From: an uncultured Acidimicrobiales bacterium
GTDB taxonomy: Bacteria; Actinomycetota; Acidimicrobiia; Acidimicrobiales; DATKAS01
NCBI GenBank assembly: GCA_963773315.1
Contig: CAVZAF010000002.1
Span: 411,410-475,409 of the forward strand
Reading direction: 5' to 3'
DNA: 64,000 bases
Made by a program: the position numbers and the translations under genes
Notes under the pieces: model-generated
What the model was told of the DNA's origin: nothing
Databases searched by the model: none
The model's input: only the letters and a program-made list of their open reading frames with translations
Shown: piece by piece, positions 52,132 through 62,247 of the stretch
Numbering within the stretch: position 1 is the stretch's first letter
Layout of the letters: the number at the start of each line of letters is the position of its first letter

Positions 52132-53016
52132 TCAATTGACTGTGTCGAGCGTGACCTCGTTTCGCAGTGCCTCACCGCGCGCGTAGCGAGCGAGGTTGTC
52201 GACCAGCAGGTCGTCGTAGCGCTCGTAGCGGGCGAAGCCGCCCGCCGAGTTGTGCGGCGTGAGGATGACGCTCGGGTGAGACCAGAGTGGGTTCTTCCTC
52301 GGCAGCGGCTCGGTCGCCATCACGTCGAGGATCGCCGCTTGGGGACGACCGCGGCTGAGCGCCGACAGCAGCGCGCCTTCGTCGACGAGCGAGCCTCGAG
52401 CGATGTTGACCAGGACCGAACCCTCGGCCATCGAGGCGAGGAACGCGGCGTCGACGAGCGGGGGCGCCTCCGGTGTCGAGGGAAGCGAGAGCACGACGAC
52501 GTCGGCCGAGGGCAGCGTCGAGACCAGTTCGGTGGGCGCGACAACCGCATCGACCGGTTCGGTGCCAGTCGGGTTGCGTCGGCACCCGATGACACGAGCG
52601 CCGAACGCCCTCGCCCGCACCGCGACCGCTTGACCGATCGTGCCCAGGCCGACGATCAGCCATGTGGTCCCCGCCACCTCGCGGAACTGGTGCCGGTCCC
52701 ATGCTCGGCGGCGCTGGGCGTCGCGCCATCGCTCAGCCTGCTGGAAGTGGTCGAGCACCGACCGCACCACGAACTCGCTGATCGGGATGTCGGTGACGTG
52801 CGCGTTGGTGAGCCGGACGCCACGCTCGAGCACCGCGGTGAACACGGGGCTGTCGAGGCCCGCGTTCGGGACGCTGAACCAGCGAAGCGTCGCGCTGCGC
52901 ATCACCATCCCGAAGAACGGTCGCAGCGCGCCCTCGTAGGCATCGAAGAGATCGAACGCGGCTGCCGCCACCTCGATGTCCGACGCATCCGCCGTCAGCG
53001 AGCCGTCCTTCTGCAT
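52132..53016 (-). CDS. D-2-hydroxyacid dehydrogenase family (NAD-binding) protein
   Basis: The translation is WLIVGLGTIGQAVAVRARAFGARVIG (GxGxxG)...LVNIARGSLVDEGAL...DVMATEPLP...LTPHNSA. Confidence 0.85.
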   Translation of the reverse strand: MQKDGSLTADASDIEVAAAAFDLFDAYEGALRPFFGMVMRSATLRWFSVPNAGLDSPVFTAVLERGVRLTNAHVTDIPISEFVVRSVLDHFQQAERWRDAQRRRAWDRHQFREVAGTTWLIVGLGTIGQAVAVRARAFGARVIGCRRNPTGTEPVDAVVAPTELVSTLPSADVVVLSLPSTPEAPPLVDAAFLASMAEGSVLVNIARGSLVDEGALLSALSRGRPQAAILDVMATEPLPRKNPLWSHPSVILTPHNSAGGFARYERYDDLLVDNLARYARGEALRNEVTLDTVN

Positions 53017-53087
53017 CGGGACGGGCTCGTACTCCGCAGGAAGCCGCGCCTCGATTCGGTCGAGGGTGCCCTGTGTGACGAGGAGCT

Positions 53088-54074
53088 TCAGATGAGACCC
53101 AGCTCTCGCACCGCGTCACGCTCTTCGGCGAGCTCGGCGACCGACGCGTCGATGCGTCCGCGCGAGAAGTCGTCGATGTCGAGGCCCTGCACGACTGCCC
53201 ACTCGCCGTTGGTGCACGTCGCCGGGAACGACGAGATGAGGCCCTCGGCGACCCCGTAGGACCCGTCGGACGGCACCGCCATGCTCGCCCAGTCGCCGTC
53301 GCCGGTGCCGAGCGCCCACGTGCGCATGTGGTCGACGGCCGCGTTCGCCGCCGACGCCGCGCTCGACAGGCCGCGCGCTTCGATGATCGCTGCACCGCGC
53401 TTCTGCACGGTCGGGATGAAGTCGCCCTCGAGCCAGGCCTGGTCGTTGAGGAGCTCGGCCGCGTTCTTGCCGGACACCTCGCAGTGGAACAGGTCCGGGT
53501 ACTGCGTCGCCGAGTGGTTGCCCCAGATCGTCATCTTCTTGATGTCGGTGACGTGCACGTCGAGCTTGCTCGCGAGCTGCCCGACCGCCCGGTTGTGATC
53601 GAGCCGCGTCATCGCGGTGAACCGCGAGGGATCGATCTTCGGCGAGTTGTTCATCGCGATCAGGCAGTTCGTGTTCGCCGGGTTGCCGACGACCAGGATC
53701 TTGATGTCGACCGCCGCGCTCTCCGAGAGCGCCTTGCCCTGTCCGGTGAAGATCTTGCCGTTGATGGTGAGCAGATCGGAGCGCTCCATGCCCGCCTTGC
53801 GGGGCACCGATCCGACGAGCAGCGCGTAGTTCGCGTCGCCGAACGCAGTGTTCGGGTCGTCGGTCTGCACGACGTCCTCGAGCAGAGGGAACGCGCAATC
53901 TTCGAGCTCCATCGCGACACCACGCAGCGCGTCGAGCGCGGGGGTGATCTCGAGGAGCTGCAGGATGACGGGCTGGTTGGGCCCGAGCATCTCACCCGAC
54001 GCGACGCGGAAGAGGAGGCTGTAACCGATCTGGCCAGCCGCGCCGGTGATGGCAACGCGAACAGGAGCAGGCAT
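53088..54074 (-). CDS. mdh: Malate dehydrogenase
   Basis: The translation is [31 protein letters not shown]...[15 protein letters not shown]...MTRLDHNRA...IWGNHS. The start could instead be GTG 54083. Confidence 0.93.
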   Translation of the reverse strand: MPAPVRVAITGAAGQIGYSLLFRVASGEMLGPNQPVILQLLEITPALDALRGVAMELEDCAFPLLEDVVQTDDPNTAFGDANYALLVGSVPRKAGMERSDLLTINGKIFTGQGKALSESAAVDIKILVVGNPANTNCLIAMNNSPKIDPSRFTAMTRLDHNRAVGQLASKLDVHVTDIKKMTIWGNHSATQYPDLFHCEVSGKNAAELLNDQAWLEGDFIPTVQKRGAAIIEARGLSSAASAANAAVDHMRTWALGTGDGDWASMAVPSDGSYGVAEGLISSFPATCTNGEWAVVQGLDIDDFSRGRIDASVAELAEERDAVRELGLI

Positions 54075-54124
54075 GCCCCGCACCCTACCGAAGGGGTGCG
54101 GGGCTCACGCCCTGGCTCCCGCGA

Positions 54125-55543
<1,419 letters not shown>

Positions 55544-55589
55544 CCATGTCCTCCCTGTGCTGGTGCGCCGACCATAGGTCGGGCGGTGC

Positions 55590-56454
55590 TCAGGGGGCCA
55601 GACCGAGGTTGGCGTAGATCTCGCGGGTCGCGGTGGAGCGGTTGAGCGTGTAGAAGTGCAGGCCGGGCGCGCCGGCGTCGAGCAGCGCCGCGGCCAGTTC
55701 GGTGGCGGTCTCGACACCCACAGCGCGGACGGCATCGGGCTCGTCGGCCACCGCGTCGAGCCGGGCGGTGAGCCACGCCGGGATCGCCGCGCCGCTCGAG
55801 CTGGGCCATGCGAGCGACCGAGGCGATGTTCGTGATCGGCATGATCCCGGGGATGACCGGCTTGTCGATGTCGCGAGCCGCGAGATCGTCGACGAGGCGC
55901 AGGTACGCGTCGACCTCGAAGAAGAACTGCGTGATGGCGAAGTCGGCGATGCGGAGCTTCGCGGCGAGATGGTCTCGGTCGGCCTCGGCGCTCAGCGCCC
56001 TGGGATGCACCTCGGGGTGGGCGGCGACCCCAATCGAGAAGTCGGGGTTGTGGTCACGTACATGCTCGACGAGCTCGAGCGCGTAGCGGTACTCACTCGG
56101 TCGCGCGTTCGCCGGGTCGTTCGGCGCATCGCCGGCGAGCGCCAAGATGTTCTCGACCTCGACTGCGTCGTAGGCATCGAGGATCTCGCCGATCTCGTCG
56201 CGCGTGTGGCTCACGCACGTGAGGTGCGCCATCGGCGTCACCGGCGTCTCCTTGCGGATCCACGCGACCGCCTCGTGCGTGCGCCGCCTCGTGCCACCGC
56301 CCGCGCCATAGGTCACCGACACGAACGAGGGATGCAGCACGTCGAGCTCGGCGATCGTGCGGCCGAGCGTCAGCCATCCCGCTTCGGTGCCGGGCGGTGA
56401 GAACTCGAACGAGTAGGTGCGCCCCGCGGCGAGCAGCTCGGCGATGTGCGCCAT
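55590..56454 (-). CDS. metF: Methylenetetrahydrofolate reductase (one apparent insertion at about 55797)
   Basis: The translation is [13 protein letters not shown]...[13 protein letters not shown]...MAHLTC...ALAGD...ITQFFFEVD...GIMPI, then [14 protein letters not shown]...[16 protein letters not shown] in the shifted frame. Confidence 0.88.
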
Positions 56455-56481
56455 CCGGACAGGTTAGAGGCAGGATGTGCG

Positions 56482-57153
56482 ATGGCCCTTGTGCAGGTGA
56501 GCGATGCCGCGGACGGCGTCGTGACGGTGACGCTGAACCGCCCCGAGAAGAAGAACGCGCTCTCGATCGCGGTGCGTGATGAGGTGGCAGACGTGCTCGA
56601 CGTGCTCGCGGTCGACGATCGAGTGCGCGCCGTGATCCTCACGGGCGCGGGGTCGGTCTTCAGCGCGGGGTTCGACCTGTCGGAGTTCGCCGATCCCGAT
56701 CCTGATCACCAACGACGTCTGTGGGCCTCGAGTGATCGCTATCACCACACGGTGCTGTGCTTCCCCCTCCCCCTCGTCGCCGCGGTGAACGGGGCGGCGT
56801 TGGCCGGAGGGTTCGACCTCGCGGTGATGTGCGACCTGCGCGTCGCTTCTGAGGGCGCCTACTTCGCGCACGTGGAGCACACGTTCGGCGACGTGGTGTA
56901 CCGGCCGTTGCGCGAGCTCGTCGGCGCGAGCGTGGCGCGCGACCTCGTGTTGACGGGCCGACGCATCGAAGCCGGCGAAGCGCTCGCGGTGGGGCTCGTG
57001 AACCGAGTCGTGGCGGGTGGCGATCTTCTCGACGCGGCGGGCGCGGTTGCCGCCGAGATCGCGCTCGCGCCACGCGAGGTCCTCATCCGCACGAAGGCGA
57101 AGATCATCGCCGCCGCGGGCATCGACTCGAGCAGCGGAACGCTCGACCTCTGA
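56482..57153 (+). CDS. Enoyl-CoA hydratase/isomerase (crotonase) family protein
   Basis: The translation is VVTVTLNRPEKKNAL...VILTGAGSVFSAGFDL...AAVNGAALAGGFDLAVMCDLRVA. Confidence 0.88.
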   Translation: MALVQVSDAADGVVTVTLNRPEKKNALSIAVRDEVADVLDVLAVDDRVRAVILTGAGSVFSAGFDLSEFADPDPDHQRRLWASSDRYHHTVLCFPLPLVAAVNGAALAGGFDLAVMCDLRVASEGAYFAHVEHTFGDVVYRPLRELVGASVARDLVLTGRRIEAGEALAVGLVNRVVAGGDLLDAAGAVAAEIALAPREVLIRTKAKIIAAAGIDSSSGTLDL

Positions 57154-57163
57154 ACGCGCCCGC

Positions 57164-57208
57164 CGGTGAACTATGGCGTTTGCGCGCTGTCGCGCCACAG
57201 TTCCCCGG
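57164..57208. repeat. Palindromic element, copy 1
   Basis: The sequence is ccggtgaactatggcg-tttgcgcgctgtcg-cgccacagttccccgg. The 16-nt arms are complementary apart from three mismatches and share a GAACTRTGGCG / CGCCACAGTYC core with copy 2. Confidence 0.8.
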
Positions 57209-57515
57209 AATGTGCGGATGAGCGCGTCCTTTCGGGCGCGTTGGCACTCGACTTCTGACGCCTACGCTCTCGTGCTGGCGGGGTTTCGTGGGGTCTTGCA
57301 TCGCGTCGTGATCGTGGGCGCCGTCGTCGCGCTCGCGGCTCAGGGGATCAGGTAGCCGAGCAGATGCCGGGATACCCGCACCGGCCGATACCGATCGCTG
57401 TGATGTCGATCGGCGGCGAGACGCGGTTCGCGTTTGCGGTCGGCAGCGGTCCGTTGAGTGGCGACGAGGTCGCGGCGTGCATGGAGGTCGTTCAGGACCG
57501 GACCGCCTCACCGCC

Positions 57516-57563
57516 GAACTGTGGCGTTTGGAGGCGCCGTTCCGCGCGCTGGCGCCACAGTCC
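57516..57563. repeat. Palindromic element, copy 2
   Basis: The sequence is gaactgtggcgtttg-gaggcgccgttcc-gcgcgctggcgccacagtccc. It has the same ends and gcgcgct core as copy 1, plus an internal insertion of about 12 nt. Confidence 0.8.
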
Positions 57564-57598
57564 CATTCGGTTCCAAAGCGTCAGCGGTTGACGTGTAC

Positions 57599-57722
57599 CG
57601 ATGGATGCCCGATCGAGCATCGAGAGGTACAAGTTGCGAAGCGATGGGACCCGGTCGAGTCGAACTTGTACCTGTGAACGCCTGATCGAGGCATCGAGGG
57701 GTACAAGTTGCCTGGGCGATGG
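57599..57722. repeat. Two roughly 37-39-nt imperfect direct repeats flanking an inverted copy of their core
   Basis: Repeat A is 57611-57647 (gatcgagcatcgagaggtacaagttgcgaagcgatgg). Repeat B is 57684-57722 (gatcgaggcatcgaggggtacaagttgcctgggcgatgg). The central aacttgtacct (57663-57673) is the reverse complement of aggtacaagtt found in A and, as ggtacaagtt, in B. cgatgg recurs at 57599, 57642 and 57717. Confidence 0.85.
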
Positions 57723-57739
57723 AGCTGGCGACCAATCGG

Positions 57740-59885
57740 TCAGCGGTCGCGGCGGGTGATGGTCGAGCGGTAGCGGTTCGTCACCGCGACGTCGTCGCAG
57801 ATGAGCTCGAGGTCGAGGTCCATCGCACCGGGTGCGTTGGGCACCATCGCCGACACCGTGCCGATGCGGACGCAGTCGTCCGCGGGCACGTCGCCCTGCC
57901 ATCGCCACGTGTGATGGCCGCCCGCCCACACGAGCCGCGCAGTGACGACGGCGTCGGACAGCGGCACGCGCAGGTCGGATACGACGTGGACATCGATAGC
58001 GACTGAGGCGCCGGGCGCGAGCAACGCAGGCGGCCGCTCCGCGACCACGATCACCGGACGGCACACCTCGACCAGTGCCTGGAACCCCGGCTTGGGCTGA
58101 CGGTCATGCCCGAGCACCGACCACGTCACCGCGGGCCACGCGTCCGCGAAGAGGAACTGTGCGAACCCGCCGGTCGGCCGGTACTTGAGCCGCCGCAAGG
58201 TCTCGATGTGGTGCTTGAGCACGGTCGCTTGGTACGCCTGCGTCGCGCGCCGCCACGACTCGAACGTCTCGTAGGCCTCGGGCGGCACATGCCGATCGAA
58301 GATCGACTTCTGCAACGAGTGCACGCGGCCGGCGCGCTCCCAGTCGAGGTCGGGCCACTTCTCGGGATCGAGGAACTCTGCATCGGCCGGCACCGCTTGC
58401 GCGCCGAACTCGCTCACGAAGCGAGCCATGCGCGGCACGGTCGCGCAGAAGCGCGGGAAGTCGCGCTCGTGCCCGGTGTACCAACCGAGGTAGATGTGCG
58501 TGTCGGTGCCGTCGAGCTTGGGGAGGTGCGGCACGACTCCCGAGTGCGCGATGACCGGACGGCTGCCGTCGACGCGCTCGAACGCGCTCTTCACCGCGCG
58601 GTCGAGGATGCTCCGGTTGAACGTGGGCAGCTGCTGACCCACCGCGAGCTTCAGGCCGAACCGCTTCGGATCCATCGAAGGCTCGACGTCGACGGCGACC
58701 GGGACGTTGTGCCCGCACCACAGCACGATCGACGGATGGTGACCGAGGAGGTCGACAGCCTTGCGCGCTTGGCGGATCGCTTGCTTGCGAACGCTGCGCG
58801 CATAGCCCCACTGCAGGGGCATGTCCTGCCAGAGCAGAAGCCCCGCCTCGTCCGCCGCGTCGTACAGCTCGGGCCGCGCGACGTGCGCGTGCACGCGGAA
58901 CAGGTCGAGCCCGGCATCGATCGCGAGGTGCACGTCCCGAGCGACCTCGTCGGCGGTCGCCTCGCCGAGCGCCATGCGCGTCGGCCCGTGGTTCGCTCCC
59001 TTGAGGAACAGCCGCTCGCCGTTGACCGACATGATCCAGCTCCGCATCGTCACGGAGCGCAAGCCCATGCGCGCCTCGCGCCGGTGGCTCACCTCTTCGC
59101 CGAGCTCGACCGAGACCGACACGTCGTGGAGTGGCTGCTCGCCGAGTGCGCGGGGCCACCAGAGCGCCGGGTTGTCGACGCGCAGCTGCCACTCGACGCG
59201 GTTCACGCCCTCGGCGAGTGAGTGCTCGACGTTCGACTCCGCGAAGCCGGGGACCGTCGTCCGCAGCGTGACGGTGTGCGCCTCGTCGCTGTCGAGGTCG
59301 GCGACGAACGAGATGATCGCCCGTGTGGCATCGGCCTCGCGGCAGAGCACGCGGCAGGCGGCTGATCCGCACCGGGCCTGTGCGCTCGAGCCGCACCGGA
59401 CGCCAGATGCCACCGGGGTTCCATTCGGGATCGATGCAGTCCCAGTGCTGGAAGACACCGGTGATGTTGCGCTTCGCCGTGCGATCGGACTGCCGGGCGC
59501 ACGCGACCTCGATCGCGAGGAGGTGCTCGCTGCGCCCCGACATGTGCTCGGTGATGTCGAACTCGTGAGGGAAGAAGTAGCCCTCGGTGTCACCGAGGTA
59601 CGCGCCGTCGAGCCACACGTCCCCCAAATAGAAGATGCCGTCGAAGACGAGCCAGCTGCGCGCGCCGCCGTCCGCGCCGGCCCATTCGGGTGAGTCGAAC
59701 CAACGGCGGTGCAGCACCGGGCCGTCGGTCGACCCGAACGCCGGATGCGTGCGCCAGTGGCCGGGAAGTGCGACTGGGTCCCAGTCGCGGTCGTCGTAGG
59801 TGGTGTCGAAGAACACGCGTCGGAGGGCCTCGTCCGCGATCGTCGCGGCCCACGTTCCAGACAGCTCGGTTCCCGGCTGGTCCAT
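57740..59885 (-). CDS. Glycoside hydrolase family 2-like protein (beta-mannosidase-like), one apparent insertion at about 59354
   Basis: The N-terminal part (WLVFDGIFYLGDVWLDGAYLGDTEGYFFPHEFDIT) is in one frame. The rest reads NGERLFLKGANHGP...GLLLWQDMPLQWGY...HHPSIVLWCGHN...SEFGAQA in the other. Confidence 0.75.
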
Positions 59886-59957
59886 GCTCGCCAGAGGGTA
59901 CCGGTGCCGCGCTCGGGCCCGTCACGGCAAGCAAGATCGGGCGGTAGGTTGGCTCGC

Positions 59958-61361
59958 ATGTCATCACGGCCCGCAACCCTCGGTCAGCTGCGCGACGCGG
60001 GCTGGCAATCAGTCCCGGTCAAGGAAGAGGTTCGGCGCAACGCGATCGCTCGGATCGCAGCGGGCGAGCCCCTCGTCGAGCGGGTCATCGGCTACGAGGA
60101 CACCGTGCTGCCGCAGCTCGAGAACGCGCTGATCGCAGGTCACGACATCATCTTCTTGGGGGAGCGCGGTCAGGCCAAGACGCGGATCATCCGTTCGCTC
60201 ACGAACCTGCTCGACGAGTGGATGCCGATCATCGCGGGCAGCGAGATCAACGACGATCCCCACAACCCGGTGTCGCAGCACGCGCGCGACCTCATCCGCG
60301 AGCGCGGCGACGACACGCCGATCGACTGGGTGCACCGCGACGATCGCTTCGGCGAGAAGCTCGCCACTCCCGACACGTCGATCGCAGACCTCATCGGCGA
60401 GGTCGACCCGATCAAAGTGGCCGAGGGGCGCTACCTCTCGGACGAGCTCACGCTCCACTACGGCCTCGTGCCCCGCACGAACCGCGGCATCTTCGCGATC
60501 AACGAGCTACCCGACCTGGCAGAGCGCATCCAGGTCGGCTTGCTCAACGTGCTCGAAGAGCGCGACGTGCAGGTGCGTGGCTACAAGATCCGCCTGCCGC
60601 TCGATCTCATGCTCGTCGCCTCGGCGAACCCCGAGGACTACACGAACCGCGGGCGCATCATCACGCCGCTGAAAGACCGGTTCGGCAGCCAGATCCGCAC
60701 GCACTACCCGCTCGACGTCGAGACCGAGACCGGCATCGTGCTGCAAGAGTCGCGTTCGTTCGACGTCCTCGGTCTGCGCGTGCACGTGCCCGAGTACATG
60801 GCCGAGGTGGTGTCGACGCTGTCGCAGCTCGCTCGCCAGAGCCCGCACATCAACCAGCGGTCGGGCGTCTCGGTGCGCCTCAGCGTGTCGAACTACGAGA
60901 CGCTCTCCGCGAACGCGGTGCGCCGCGCTCTGCGCCACGGTGAGCGCGACGTCGTGCCCCGCGTGTCAGACCTCGAGGCGCTCGCGGCGTCGACTTCGGG
61001 CAAGGTCGAGATCGAGAGCATCGAAGAGGGACGGGATGGCTCGATCATCGAGAACCTCGTGAAGGCCTCGATCCTCACGGTGTTCAAGGGACGCTTCACT
61101 CCCGACAAGCTGCGTGAGGTCATCACCGCGTTCGACGAAGGGCTCATCGCCCACGTCGGCGAGGACGTCACGTCGGCCGACGAAGCCGATCTCCTCGCAC
61201 GGGTGCCGAGCTTGCGCGAGCCCGTGTCGCAGCTGACTGACGACGAGAGCCCGGCCGCTGTCGCGAGCGCAGTCGAGTTCCTCCTCGAAGGGTTGCACCT
61301 GTCGAAGCGTCTCAACAAGGACGCGGCCGGAGCGCGCGCCACCTACCGCAGCAGAGGCTGA
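59958..61361 (+). CDS. AAA+ ATPase, Mg-chelatase ChlI/BchI-like
   Basis: 467-aa intact ORF. Walker A is IFLGERGQAKTRIIRSL. Walker B is RGIFAINELPDL. It also has LLNVLEERDVQVRGYKIRLPLDLMLVASANPEDY. Confidence 0.85.
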   Translation: MSSRPATLGQLRDAGWQSVPVKEEVRRNAIARIAAGEPLVERVIGYEDTVLPQLENALIAGHDIIFLGERGQAKTRIIRSLTNLLDEWMPIIAGSEINDDPHNPVSQHARDLIRERGDDTPIDWVHRDDRFGEKLATPDTSIADLIGEVDPIKVAEGRYLSDELTLHYGLVPRTNRGIFAINELPDLAERIQVGLLNVLEERDVQVRGYKIRLPLDLMLVASANPEDYTNRGRIITPLKDRFGSQIRTHYPLDVETETGIVLQESRSFDVLGLRVHVPEYMAEVVSTLSQLARQSPHINQRSGVSVRLSVSNYETLSANAVRRALRHGERDVVPRVSDLEALAASTSGKVEIESIEEGRDGSIIENLVKASILTVFKGRFTPDKLREVITAFDEGLIAHVGEDVTSADEADLLARVPSLREPVSQLTDDESPAAVASAVEFLLEGLHLSKRLNKDAAGARATYRSRG

Positions 61362-61362
61362 G

Positions 61363-62162
61363 TCAGCTTCCCGTCGTCGTGGCGCCGGGCGTCGCAACCG
61401 CTGTGGTGGCGGGCGCGGACGTCGCGCCGAGGTTGTCCTTGTCGGGCAGCGTGGTGAGCCGGGCGACGAGTGCCTTCACCACCGCGTCCTCGTCGGCTTG
61501 CACGGTCGGCGTGCCGGGGTTCGCGAACCACAGCGCGAGCAGCGCGCGGTCGACCTTCACGACCATGAAGTCGGCGACGAAGCTCTCGTTCGTGCCTCCC
61601 TGGCCGGGATAGACGACGTTCAGCCGCGACCCGGTGCTCTCGCCCGCGGTGAGGTTCGTCGCGAGGCTCTGGCCCCCGTCGGCCGAGACGGGCGGGTTCG
61701 CCCGGAAGTCGATCGTGTACGTCGCGATGCAGCTCGCGAAGGTCGGACTGGTCGCCATCGTGTAGAGCGCGGCCGCCTGCTCGGGACTCGTCGTGACGAG
61801 GGCCGTAGACGCGGCGAACGCGCCGTTCGGGCGGGTGAAGCGCGGGAGCCGGCGTCGGCGGAGATCGTCGCCGGATCGAGCGGACTGCCCTTCACTGCGG
61901 TGAGGCAGTCGATGAACGGCAGACCGACGGTCGGCTTCGTCGCCGCATCGCGGATCTCACGCCACTCCGGCCCGAAGTCAGGCCGGAAGAAGATGCTGCG
62001 CAATGCCCACGCCTGGTCCTCGATCTTCAGCTGCGCCGCCTGCACCTGTGCCGTTGCGTCACCGTTGTCCTTGGGCGCGCCGATGCGCACGCAGCTCGTC
62101 AGGCACAACGCGAGCACAGGAAGAAGGAGGGCCGCCGAGGCACGATTCCGCACCTGCGACAT
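61363..62162 (-). CDS. Putative lipoprotein (one apparent frameshift at about 61840)
   Basis: The lipobox is ALLLPVLALCLTSC. The mature part continues in a second frame (FTRPNGAFAASTALVTTSPEQAAALYTMATSPTFASCIATYTIDF...). It is convergent with the AAA gene, only 1 nt away. Confidence 0.6.
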
Positions 62163-62247
62163 TTTACGGTGGAGCACCTGGTACTCATCGGCACCCCCGG
62201 TCTCGAGTTCAGGCGTAGGTCGTTCGGCCCAGCGGTAGCGTGCGTTC

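Noticed and set aside
57364-57591. 75-codon ORF (MPGYPHRPIPIAVMSIGGETRFAFAVGSGPLSGDEVAACMEVVQDR...) lying between the two palindromic elements.
   Set aside because: It has lower third-position GC than neighbouring genes and no Shine-Dalgarno. Its 3' part simply reads through palindrome copy 2. At best it is a gene remnant, so it is not reported as a CDS.
57611-57722. Possible degenerate two-repeat CRISPR remnant: 37-39-nt repeats separated by a 36-nt spacer-sized gap.
   Set aside because: There are only two copies, they differ by an indel and several substitutions, and the supposed spacer contains the reverse complement of the repeat core. No cas genes or leader-like sequence lie nearby. It fits an RNA-structure or repeat element better than a CRISPR array.
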